Positions 1 to 8,107 of a stretch of DNA of 16,280 bases are shown in pieces. Below the pieces are notes generated by a model, which made no database searches, was not told the origin of the DNA, and saw nothing but the letters and a program-made list of their open reading frames with translations. The position numbers and the translations under genes are program-made. This stretch comes from Armatimonadota bacterium (lineage in GTDB: Bacteria; Armatimonadota; UBA5829; DTLH01): contig JBDKSP010000058.1 of the NCBI GenBank assembly GCA_039680575.1, positions 1-16,280 of the forward strand, in the 5' to 3' direction. Position 1 is the stretch's first letter, and the number at the start of each line of letters is the position of its first letter.

Positions 1-56
1 TGAACTTGATTCAGGGTCCATTCTTTTCCTGGATTCCGAGTCAAGCTCGGAATGAC
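1..56. repeat. REP/REPIN-like palindromic element (truncated at the window start)
   Basis: Hairpin ATTCCGAG-tcaag-CTCGGAAT (33-53) followed by GAC. The 19-mer GAACTTGATTCAGGGTCCA (2-20) recurs exactly at 6665-6683. Confidence 0.7.
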
Positions 57-133
57 GTTGTGGCAGCCCGAAATGACGCTGTGGACATTCCGCATGATGT
101 TATACTCATCAACTCTGAACTCTTACGATGTTG

Positions 134-2080
134 TTAACTGTCCACTCGCTTGAAGAATGCCTCTACATTATCCAGCTTCGTCGTTCCCCGGCATGACGGC
201 AGATATCGAAGGAATTCCTTGCCGTAGAACTTCTTCACGAGCCTTGAATCGAGGATTGCGACTATACCGCGGTCGGACTTTGTGCGGATCAACCGGCCAA
301 ACCCCTGCTTCAGCCTGATCTGAGCCTGCGGGATCGAGTACTGCCGGAACCAGTCGCCGCCGGACTGGGTGATCGCCTCGCAGCGTGCCTTGTTTATCGG
401 GCTGTCCGGCACGGCGAATGGTAATTTGTCGATTATCACGCACGAAAGCGCTTCTCCCTTCACATCCACGCCTTCCCAGAAGCTGTGGACCCCCAAAAGG
501 CACGCTTTTTCCGTTTTTCGGAACTCATCGAGGAGCTTGTCGTTCGACATGTCGCCCTGTTTCAGGAGTCTGTATGGTACATTGCCGTTCAGGTTGTCGT
601 AGACCGCGTTCAGCATCCTGTAGGAAGTGAAAAGCAGGAACGCGCGGCCGTCGGAAAGGTTGACGAGCTCTTCAATCCGTTTTGCGACGCTCTCGACATA
701 ACCCCATTTTTCGGAAGGGAAGTCGAGGTCCTTCGGGACATAGAGGAGCGCCTGTTTGTGATAGTCGAACGGTGAACCGAGGAGCATCTGCACGGCATCT
801 TCCGGCATGCCGAGTCTCGACCGTATATAGTCGAACCCGCCGGAGTTGGCGAGCGTGGCGGAAGTAAGTATAACGCTGTCCTGCCTTCCCCAGAGCGAGC
901 CTTCGAGCGCGGCGGAGACATCGACCGGAGTCGTGTGCAGGCAGCAGGTGACATAGCGGCCGCTGCTCGGCTTGTCGCACCACTTGAAGTAGTTTTCATG
1001 CTCGCGGAAGAACAGGCCGTTCAAGTCGTCCTTCATCCTGCCGAGCATCCGCCGGAAACCGTCTATCCGGTATTGCAGGTCTTCGTCGCCTTTTACGTCC
1101 TGATCGGAGAGCTGCTTGTTCAGCCCATCGACCAGCGACATCAGCTCAGTCGCCGTAGTCTCTATTCTGCCGCGCTGGTTTTCCGTAAATGCCTCGTCGA
1201 GGAAGTATTCGGACTTGGGGAAATCTTGAAAAAGTGTGAAAAGTTCCTTGTTGGCGAGGTCGATGGCGTCGAGCTCCGAGTTTGTGACGGCAATGTCCCT
1301 CCGCTTTCTGATGCGGTGGAGCAGGCTCTGTATACGGTTGTTACTGAACTCAATCCCGAAGACTTTGCTTACCACATCTTCGAGGTGATGCGCTTCATCG
1401 AATATGATCGTGCCGTAATCCGGCAAAATCGCAGTAGATGGATCGATTATCCGCAGTCCCAGGTCGCTGAAGAAAAGCGAGTGGTTGACGACTATCAGAT
1501 CGGCCTCAGCCGCCCTATCTCGCATGCCATAATAGTGGCACTTCTTATAGTAATAGCACTGCTGCCTTCGGCATGTGTCCTGGTTCGAGCATATCTCCCC
1601 CCAGTTCGGGAACGAAAAATCGAGCTCGGAGATATCTCCCGTTTTGGTTTTTTCTGCCCATTCGAGAACTTTTTTGAAGATGGGGTCGCCGTAAAGCGTG
1701 ATGTCGCCGCGTGCCTGTTCCAGTTCCCATAAGCAGAGATAGTTTCCCCTGCCTTTGACGAGCATCGCCTTGAACGGCATATCGGGCATAGCTCTTGCCA
1801 TCATTGGGATGTCTTTTCTGATCAACTGCTCCTGGAGGTTGATCGTGTGCGTGGAAACGACTACGGGCTTGCCTTTCAGACTGTGGATAATTGCCGGGGT
1901 GAGGTAAGCGACGGTCTTTCCGACCCCCGTGCCTGCTTCGATCAGGCAGTGCTGCCCGGACTCTATCGCCTCTGCTACCGCGTGCGCCATCTGTAGCTGC
2001 TCCGGCCTGTGCTCATATCCATCGCAGCAGCGGGAGAATGATCCCCCTTCACCTATAACTTCTTCAACCCAGCTATTCAC
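134..2080 (-). CDS. dinG: ATP-dependent DNA helicase, DinG/YoaA family (Fe-S, no N-terminal exonuclease domain)
   Basis: Q motif (RPEQLQM), Walker A EAGTGVGKT, KGRGNYLC plus a Cys cluster (CSNQDTCRRQQC...C), DEAH box, TSATL, FWEGVDV and QGFGRLIR motif VI. GTG start. Confidence 0.93.
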   Translation of the reverse strand: MNSWVEEVIGEGGSFSRCCDGYEHRPEQLQMAHAVAEAIESGQHCLIEAGTGVGKTVAYLTPAIIHSLKGKPVVVSTHTINLQEQLIRKDIPMMARAMPDMPFKAMLVKGRGNYLCLWELEQARGDITLYGDPIFKKVLEWAEKTKTGDISELDFSFPNWGEICSNQDTCRRQQCYYYKKCHYYGMRDRAAEADLIVVNHSLFFSDLGLRIIDPSTAILPDYGTIIFDEAHHLEDVVSKVFGIEFSNNRIQSLLHRIRKRRDIAVTNSELDAIDLANKELFTLFQDFPKSEYFLDEAFTENQRGRIETTATELMSLVDGLNKQLSDQDVKGDEDLQYRIDGFRRMLGRMKDDLNGLFFREHENYFKWCDKPSSGRYVTCCLHTTPVDVSAALEGSLWGRQDSVILTSATLANSGGFDYIRSRLGMPEDAVQMLLGSPFDYHKQALLYVPKDLDFPSEKWGYVESVAKRIEELVNLSDGRAFLLFTSYRMLNAVYDNLNGNVPYRLLKQGDMSNDKLLDEFRKTEKACLLGVHSFWEGVDVKGEALSCVIIDKLPFAVPDSPINKARCEAITQSGGDWFRQYSIPQAQIRLKQGFGRLIRTKSDRGIVAILDSRLVKKFYGKEFLRYLPSCRGTTKLDNVEAFFKRVDS

Positions 2081-2086
2081 AGATGA

Positions 2087-2116
2087 ATTTTAACTTAACA
2101 TGCACCTCTATCGCAA
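2087..2116 (-). promoter_or_regulatory. Putative sigma70 promoter for dinG (probably leaderless)
   Basis: Minus strand reads TTGCGA-N18-TAAAAT, then 6 nt, then the GTG start at 2080. No Shine-Dalgarno sequence. Confidence 0.5.
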
Positions 2117-2195
2117 GGAAAAACAGGAACAAAGGTATTAATTGGATAAGTCTCTCATATAGGATACAATCTCTACAGAAACCCAAGGGTATTAC

Positions 2196-4103
2196 TTGGC
2201 TAGGATGAAAAGAAGAATGAAATCAAAGTTATTTGTTGTTGTCGCATTACTGCTCGCGTTTACGGCTGCCGTTTCGGCACAGGATAAGGTGCAGACCGAT
2301 CCGGCTGAAAAGCCCGATACGAGGCTCGACCAGAAGGTGACGCATCAGGCAAAAGAGCAGTTTCTCTACAAAGTTCTCGATGAACTCACCGAAAAGACCG
2401 GCGTCGTTATGAACTGCGGGAAGAATAAGAAGGACTGGCAGGTTAGGGAGACTAAGGTCAACATATTCATCAAGGATATGTCTCTGAAGGACCTTCAGCA
2501 GAACCTCGCGAAGCTGCTTCACTATACCTGGGCAAAAAGCACCAAAGATGGAGTTACTTCCTACCGGTTGTACCAGACATTAAAGTCGAAAAAGGAAGAA
2601 GAAAAGCTGAGGACCGATGCAAAAGAAGCTAAAGCCAGGAAACGGATGGAGACGCGCAAAAAGGCGTTAGATGAACTGGAGAGAGTAGTCGCACTTTCTC
2701 CCGAAGAGATCGACAAACTTCAGGTGAGTTCTCCACTTCAGTATGTATTTGCCAAAGACCCCATCGGTAAGGTAATGGTCGGGCTTCTGAATGCTGTTCC
2801 CGAAGCCAAATCTGCGCTGCTTGAAGGCAGGGAGGTTTCGATACCAATATCCAGGATGTCCCCCGAAGCTAAGGCAGCAGTAACTAAGTACAGACAGGCT
2901 TTCCAGGGTTTTGTTAATCGATTTGATCCGTCGGAAACATCAGAGGATGATTCCGCGGAACTTGATAAAGACAGCCAGCTCACTATCTCTCAGCAAGATG
3001 AGAGTATACATAGTTATGACCCATTCCCGGATACAATTCTTGGGTCTGTCGATTTGGAAGGTGTAGATATGCCGCTGTTCAATTTTGAAAACCCGGTTGC
3101 CAAAGCTATGGGCAAAATGATTGCGGCTATGTATGACGGAGGCACGGAGTTAAGCCGGTATGATGAAGAGCAGATAGAGAAAGAGATGTCGCAGCTTGCT
3201 GCTAAGTCCCTCGAACAGCCTGATGCGCTCAAATCAGAGCCGGACGATCCTGATCTCGTGAAAGCCGCCAAGTTGGATGTTTCTGAGTATAAAGGGCCTT
3301 CGGACCTGCTTAAAGAAGTCGCTGCGAAAACTGAATTGCAGGTCATTTCAGATTATTTCGATGACGGTATTGGGAGGCTTTCTATGATGTATTCCACTTC
3401 TCCCGCCAAACCTGGAGATACCGTGGGCTCTATCCTGAAATACGCTGCGATTATCTGTAACAAGCGTGCGGTAAAAACAGGCAAGGTTGTTACTTTCGAG
3501 GACCGCGAATGGTTCGAGAAACGGACCTGGGCAGTCCCGGATGAATGGATGGAGCGGTGGCGGCAGCTTGTCAAGGAGGGAAACCTGTCTCTCGATGATC
3601 TTGCCGATATGGTATGCTTCACTGACGACCAGCTAAAGCACACTATCTGCGAGGCTGGTGGATTGATACAGTATTCGAGCACTATCGAAGACAACAAGGA
3701 CATCCTCCGGCTGTATGCCGTGTTAACGAACTCCCAGAAGAAGGTACTCCAGACAGATGAAGGCTTGGACCCTGCATCACTGAATGAAAACCAATGGGCA
3801 TTCTACGCGTACCTGGCAGCGCAATCAAAGATCAGCTTTTCCGACAACCGTGGGATGATGATCCCGATGACCCTTCTCTTGAAGGCCGATGAGAAAGAGA
3901 AGTGTTATGAGTTCAGCTTGCTTTCGAGGAGACAAAACGCGGCGAATGAGGAATTACAGTATCCGGTCAGGACATGGGGTGTCTATCTGAAGGAACCGGA
4001 CTTGGATGAAGAATCCATTGATGAAATGATTAATGGAAATAATCCCTCTGCATCTCCCGCGCCGGAAGCACCGGCCGGTCAGCCGAATGCTCCGCAGCCG
4101 TAG
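2196..4103 (+). CDS. Secreted hypothetical protein with possible STN/secretin-N-like modules; true start may be ATG 2205 or 2217
   Basis: 635-aa ORF. Basic N-terminus, hydrophobic stretch and VSA|Q signal peptide. DTRLDQKVT...LYKVLDELTEKTGV resembles an STN-type module. Pro/Ala-rich tail. Confidence 0.75.
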   Translation: MARMKRRMKSKLFVVVALLLAFTAAVSAQDKVQTDPAEKPDTRLDQKVTHQAKEQFLYKVLDELTEKTGVVMNCGKNKKDWQVRETKVNIFIKDMSLKDLQQNLAKLLHYTWAKSTKDGVTSYRLYQTLKSKKEEEKLRTDAKEAKARKRMETRKKALDELERVVALSPEEIDKLQVSSPLQYVFAKDPIGKVMVGLLNAVPEAKSALLEGREVSIPISRMSPEAKAAVTKYRQAFQGFVNRFDPSETSEDDSAELDKDSQLTISQQDESIHSYDPFPDTILGSVDLEGVDMPLFNFENPVAKAMGKMIAAMYDGGTELSRYDEEQIEKEMSQLAAKSLEQPDALKSEPDDPDLVKAAKLDVSEYKGPSDLLKEVAAKTELQVISDYFDDGIGRLSMMYSTSPAKPGDTVGSILKYAAIICNKRAVKTGKVVTFEDREWFEKRTWAVPDEWMERWRQLVKEGNLSLDDLADMVCFTDDQLKHTICEAGGLIQYSSTIEDNKDILRLYAVLTNSQKKVLQTDEGLDPASLNENQWAFYAYLAAQSKISFSDNRGMMIPMTLLLKADEKEKCYEFSLLSRRQNAANEELQYPVRTWGVYLKEPDLDEESIDEMINGNNPSASPAPEAPAGQPNAPQP

Positions 4104-4124
4104 GGAAGTATTTATGAAGGTGAT

Positions 4125-4282
4125 GGCTCGGGGAATCCAGACCGAGGCATGGATCCCTCGGTCTATCAGCCGAAGCCACATTTGGTATTAGTGGAGGCTC
4201 GTGCTTCGGGACGAACTGCGGTCCCGAAGCATAGGTAATTGCTCGCAAATCCATGTGCAGGGTATCGATCTCTCGGTCTATC
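4125..4282. repeat. Cluster of palindromes/REP-like hairpins between convergent genes
   Basis: Hairpins AGACCGAGG-N8-CCTCGGTCT (4139-4164) and GCTTCGGGAC-N8-GTCCCGAAGC (4203-4230). Direct repeat GATCYCTCGGTCTATC at 4152-4167 and 4267-4282. Confidence 0.6.
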
Positions 4283-4290
4283 TATGATTC

Positions 4291-6399
4291 CTAAATCCTC
4301 TCTGCCACATCCACCCCTATTATCTTGACCTCAAGCGGGGCGAAGTCCAGTTCCAGTTTATCTCCGACCTTCATCTTGCCGAGCATTCTGGGGGCTTTGA
4401 ACCTGCTCCAGTCGGTTATCTTATACTTGTAGCCGACAGAGGTCTCAAGCTCCGGCTCATCGAGCGGCAGATTGATCGATTTTTCCTGGTTGGTGGGGTT
4501 TATAAGGATGATAAATCCCTTGCCGTCGATGATATGGCCTTCACCGTCGATATTTTCTCCGTCTGGGAAGCCCAGGATGTGCTGGTAGACCGTAAAATAG
4601 CGCTCGAATTTCTTCCGCCACTCGAACATCAGCCTGAGGAACTCCACGAACTCCGGTTTTGCCTGAGCCAGGTCTATGCTTGCCCCGGATTGAGACGCGC
4701 CGTTTCCGATCATGCTCATTTCCGCATGTATCAGCTCATGCAACGGCTTCGAAAGGTTATTTTCTCCGGCTTCCTGCCAGTTGACCCCGTACCAACTCCC
4801 CCAGATTGCCCTGTACGGGTGCTCGAAGGTCATCTGATAGATTTGCTGTCGCTGGATAAGCTCGCTTTTTCCGGTAGGGAAGGAATGGGTGTCGGAAACC
4901 TGCTGCCTGTCGAGCGCCGAGAGCCGGTGGTTATCGAACGGCAGGCTGAATGCCGTAACCATCGCATCCGAGCGCGCTTCGCGTACTGCAGCGGTAAGCT
5001 CGACCAGCCGCTTTGTTGCGCGGACTTCCAGTTCGTGCTGGTTTTTATGATTATGGTCTTCAGCGCTGCATCGGGCGATGTTCCAGTCGCCGCCGTCCCA
5101 GTAGATATTCCGCGCGTTATACCTCGTCACAAGCTCCACGAACCGGCGTTTCGCATAATCGAAATAATCCGTCATCGGACAGATCGCATGCGCCGATGAT
5201 CTTGCGGAGGTTTTATCCGGGTTCAGCCATTCGGGGTGCTCATCTTCAATGTCCGACATCCAGTAGCTGGAACTGAATGGATTTACCCAGAACGACATAT
5301 CGATCCCGAAATCACAGGCACGGCGGACGATCTCATCCAGCCCGTTCGGGAATTTGTCCGGGCTCGGAGCCATAGGCCAGCGGGACTCCCAGCCGAGATC
5401 GAGGTGCAGGGTATCATAGAACCCTGCATCGTTCATCCGGTTTAGGTAATCCAGAATCATGTTTCGGTCGTAATCGGACTCGACCGGCCTGTTGTAACTC
5501 TGGGTTACGAGCCAGGTGTTCCACATAACCGGAAGCGGTTTATCTCCCACCACGCACCAGTTCTGCTCCAGATACTCCCGATAACGCTTAAACCCTATCT
5601 CTGCCGGACCTGAGTACGCGCCGATTACAGCCTGTCCGGTCCGCAGGCCTTCCGTGAGGGGCGTGTATTCTTTCTGCCGCATCAAAAGCCCACTAGCGCG
5701 GTCGAATGTTTCGCTTCCAAGGATGTGAGACACAAAGAAAAATAGCCCTTCGCTTACTCCCCACCTGGTCACGATTGCGCGGGAATGGTCTCCGAAATCG
5801 AACCGGGAGGCTGGACTTTCCACATCCGCTTTGTCCGCTTCGGAGTGGACATTGTCCTCGCCGTTCGAGAAGGTTTGAAGGTAACGCGAGTGGGGCGAGA
5901 TGCCTTCGACTACATCACGGAACCTCAAATTTTCGAGTGTGACCCATTCGATCACCCATCCCGGCAGGTTGACCGGCGGGATTTCGATCCACTTTTGCAT
6001 GAAGTTTTGTCCCGCTCGAACCTGGTAGAATACGGACAGTGGGAGCTTAACGCCGTTTAATTCAGCTTCAAGGTCGATCCTGAGCAGCCTTTCGGTCTCA
6101 TCAGCGTGAGGGACCGAATGGCCGGTGTAGTGGAAGTCTCGAAATGACAGCTCTCTTGTGTTTCCATCGCGCGAGAGGGTAATGGCGAACTCCTGGATCG
6201 GTTCCTCCAGATATTCTTCGATGCTTGCTCCGTGCGCAAGTGAGGTCGTTCCGATTCGCCCTGCTATACACTGTACCCGCCTGGTAATCCATTCATTGCC
6301 TATCTCGAATATCCATCCCCCGGCGATTTCCAACTCGTAACCTTGAAGTCCGGCAATCTCTTCCACACAATCCTCCTGAAACCGATAGAAGTCTATCAA
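4291..6399 (-). CDS. Glycoside hydrolase, clan GH-D (GH36/alpha-galactosidase-like), no signal peptide
   Basis: Motifs PVMWNTW, LHLDLGW, DKFPNGLDEI, SFWVNP, HPEW, NIYWDG (nucleophile region) and VSD. TTG start preceded by an AAGGGG SD. Confidence 0.8.
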   Translation of the reverse strand: MIDFYRFQEDCVEEIAGLQGYELEIAGGWIFEIGNEWITRRVQCIAGRIGTTSLAHGASIEEYLEEPIQEFAITLSRDGNTRELSFRDFHYTGHSVPHADETERLLRIDLEAELNGVKLPLSVFYQVRAGQNFMQKWIEIPPVNLPGWVIEWVTLENLRFRDVVEGISPHSRYLQTFSNGEDNVHSEADKADVESPASRFDFGDHSRAIVTRWGVSEGLFFFVSHILGSETFDRASGLLMRQKEYTPLTEGLRTGQAVIGAYSGPAEIGFKRYREYLEQNWCVVGDKPLPVMWNTWLVTQSYNRPVESDYDRNMILDYLNRMNDAGFYDTLHLDLGWESRWPMAPSPDKFPNGLDEIVRRACDFGIDMSFWVNPFSSSYWMSDIEDEHPEWLNPDKTSARSSAHAICPMTDYFDYAKRRFVELVTRYNARNIYWDGGDWNIARCSAEDHNHKNQHELEVRATKRLVELTAAVREARSDAMVTAFSLPFDNHRLSALDRQQVSDTHSFPTGKSELIQRQQIYQMTFEHPYRAIWGSWYGVNWQEAGENNLSKPLHELIHAEMSMIGNGASQSGASIDLAQAKPEFVEFLRLMFEWRKKFERYFTVYQHILGFPDGENIDGEGHIIDGKGFIILINPTNQEKSINLPLDEPELETSVGYKYKITDWSRFKAPRMLGKMKVGDKLELDFAPLEVKIIGVDVAERI

Positions 6400-6578
6400 T
6401 CTTACCCCTTAATGAGGATTTATGGAATAGGGTGGGGACAATTGCCGGCCTGACATTAAGTTATCATCTATCATGCACCATTGGATGATTACAGTGCGCG
6501 ATATATAGATGAGCTATGACCGGATAACGAGTGTAATGTTCAGTTATTAGCTAAATGATGGCTGTAACGAACCGTAGG

Positions 6579-6607
6579 TTGACAAACTATTGCATTGCTG
6601 CTATAGT
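6579..6607 (+). promoter_or_regulatory. Sigma70 promoter upstream of the LuxR gene
   Basis: TTGACA-N17-TATAGT with a TGn extended -10. Confidence 0.7.
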
Positions 6608-6656
6608 CGAGGTAGTAAAATATGCTGATTGCCGGTAGAATAATCAGGGACAACAT

Positions 6657-6707
6657 GTTACCCCGAACTTGATTCAGGGTCCACTGGATCCCTTAGTTCG
6701 GAATGAT
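6657..6707. repeat. Degenerate copy of the REP-like element at 1-56
   Basis: Shares GAACTTGATTCAGGGTCCA, TGGAT and TCGGAATGA with 1-56; the internal spacer is shortened. Confidence 0.65.
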
Positions 6708-6797
6708 GTTGTGCTTATAGACATGAATCCTTACGCCGGCTGCAGCTGAAAATGTTAGGTTGTATAATAGCAATGTTCCGCTGTTCGGGATACACGA

Positions 6798-7016
6798 ATG
6801 GTTAAACTTACTAAACGTGAGTCCGAAGTCCTGAGCCTCGTATTGGAGGGGAAATCCTCCAGAGAGGTAGCCGCCGCTCTTTTCTGCAGCAAGAGGACGG
6901 TAGATTTCCATCTCGCAAGAATATATGAGAAACTGCAAGTCTCCAATCGCGTCCAAGCTATACGTCGCGCTACGCTTCTCGGCCTTGTAGAAGTGGACAA
7001 AAACCCGCAGCAATAG
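6798..7016 (+). CDS. Stand-alone LuxR/GerE-family HTH transcriptional regulator
   Basis: LTKRESEVLSLVLEGKSSREVAAALFCSKRTVDFHLARIYEKLQVSNRVQA is a canonical LuxR C-terminal HTH. No receiver domain. Confidence 0.92.
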   Translation: MVKLTKRESEVLSLVLEGKSSREVAAALFCSKRTVDFHLARIYEKLQVSNRVQAIRRATLLGLVEVDKNPQQ

Positions 7017-7030
7017 AAAATCTGCTCCAT

Positions 7031-7074
7031 CTAAAGAGTTTCGAGCAATGCTTAACAATCCTACGGACACATAA
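7031..7074 (-). repeat. Inverted copy of the element at 10221-10265
   Basis: 7053-7074 is the exact reverse complement of 10221-10242 (22 bp). 7031-7041 matches AAACTCTGTAG (10255-10265) with 1 mismatch. Confidence 0.85.
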
Positions 7075-7105
7075 CAAGTCATTGATAGTGCTGCATCTGT
7101 TGGCT

Positions 7106-7187
7106 TTACGCTTAAACTCGAAACTCTCCCGGAAGGAGTTTTGGCTGAAACAATGTTTAATACTTGTTACATCTATTGCCAAAACTC
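7106..7187 (+). repeat. Dispersed ~80-bp regulatory-like element, copy A
   Basis: Aligns end to end with 8108-8187: TTAC..AAAC..AAACTC..CCGGAAG..AGTTTT.GCTGAAA.AAT.TT...TACT.GTTACATC...TGC.AAAACTC. Confidence 0.8.
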
Positions 7188-7200
7188 AATATTGCGGCAC

Positions 7201-7231
7201 AAGTGGTAGTTATCTACCACCGCATACCACT
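7201..7231. promoter_or_regulatory. Upstream MraZ-type GTGG boxes in both orientations
   Basis: AAGTGGTAGT (7201-7210) is identical to 7393-7402. TACCAC occurs twice 10 bp apart (7215-7220, 7225-7230), which reads GTGGTA on the minus strand. Confidence 0.5.
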
Positions 7232-7356
7232 GTTTACAATTTCATCTTTCTGATCCGATTCCACACTGCCGTAATATGCCTTCATGAGCTCCATTTGACC
7301 TTTTACCACACTTTATGAGAGGGGCAAATCTCCCCATAATAAAAATCTCCATACCA

Positions 7357-7385
7357 TTGACTGTGCATGGGTGGCAGGCTATAAT
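7357..7385 (+). promoter_or_regulatory. Sigma70 promoter of the hypothetical-mraZ unit
   Basis: TTGACT-N17-TATAAT. Confidence 0.8.
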
Positions 7386-7422
7386 TGGTGGAAAGTGGTA
7401 GTAAGTGGTAGGAAAGGGTATA
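7383..7422 (+). promoter_or_regulatory. MraZ-binding direct repeats (dcw-box-like operator)
   Basis: Four 10-bp-phased units: AATTGGTGGA, AAGTGGTAGT, AAGTGGTAGG, AAAGGGTATA. They match the GTGG-N6 / AAAGTGG repeats bound by MraZ and overlap the -10 element and start site. Confidence 0.75.
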
Positions 7423-7444
7423 CAGTTCCACGGAGGAATTAAAA

Positions 7445-8053
7445 ATGCAAGGTAGCGGGGCCGAAGACAGAAACGTAAGCCAGATATCTGTAGATCCTGG
7501 ACCTGGTGGATTGATAGCAGTCTACCTGGTAGAGACCAGCGATGAAGAGCAGACCCGGTCGCTCAGGAATCTCTTTGAGGAACTGAAGCCACATATCAAC
7601 GTGGCTCAACTATCCAGAGGCAGACTGATGTCCTATACCGTCCAGGCGGAGGATGCGTCACTTCTGGATGAACTTGAGAACGTGCTCAAGAACAATTATG
7701 CCTTTGTTGTTATGCATCGGTCTTTCGATCCGATCATTTACCGTGTGGTCAAAGAGTTATGCGCCGATACCGGAAGCAGGCTGCTTACTATTCCGCATTG
7801 CAACATATGTGGAAGGCCTAATCCATTCCCCGACACGGTTATCACCCTTACCGACGAAGTCGGAGAGCGAGTCATGTCGCGCAGCTACTGCGGGACTTGC
7901 ACTGCGAGCCTGGTAGCGAGGACAAACAAGGATTTCGTGCTCTCATTGCTTTCAGCCGACAGGCGGGATTTCGGCAAGATAGAGCGGTCTGCGCTTGTAA
8001 GGTCTCGCGCAAGAAACAATTACCTTCGTTATAATGTAAGGTCGGAAGCGTAA
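7445..8053 (+). CDS. Hypothetical protein with two CxxC motifs (putative Zn-binding)
   Basis: 202-aa ORF with a strong SD (GGAGG) and ATG start. Contains CNIC and CGTC. Confidence 0.8.
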   Translation: MQGSGAEDRNVSQISVDPGPGGLIAVYLVETSDEEQTRSLRNLFEELKPHINVAQLSRGRLMSYTVQAEDASLLDELENVLKNNYAFVVMHRSFDPIIYRVVKELCADTGSRLLTIPHCNICGRPNPFPDTVITLTDEVGERVMSRSYCGTCTASLVARTNKDFVLSLLSADRRDFGKIERSALVRSRARNNYLRYNVRSEA

Positions 8054-8107
8054 CTTTCGGTTGTTGACTTAAAATATCCGCGGGCATCGATAACCGATGC
8101 CCACTGC

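Noticed and set aside
134..2080. DinG as a type IV CRISPR CasDinG or defence helicase
   Set aside because: No cas genes or CRISPR array in the window; it looks like a housekeeping Fe-S DinG/YoaA.
168..6340. Many overlapping or antisense ORFs (e.g. 935-1732 +, 4534-5199 +, 3014-3346 -)
   Set aside because: They are shadow frames of well-supported genes and have no recognisable motifs.
7082..7318. 78-aa ORF, and 6693-7082 on the minus strand
   Set aside because: No SD or protein-like features; they overlap the repeat and operator elements or lie antisense to luxR.
8082..8102. Hairpin GGGCATCG-N5-CGATGCCC as a terminator between the hypothetical gene and mraZ
   Set aside because: The 8-bp stem is perfect but there is no U-tract on either strand, so it cannot be called a terminator.
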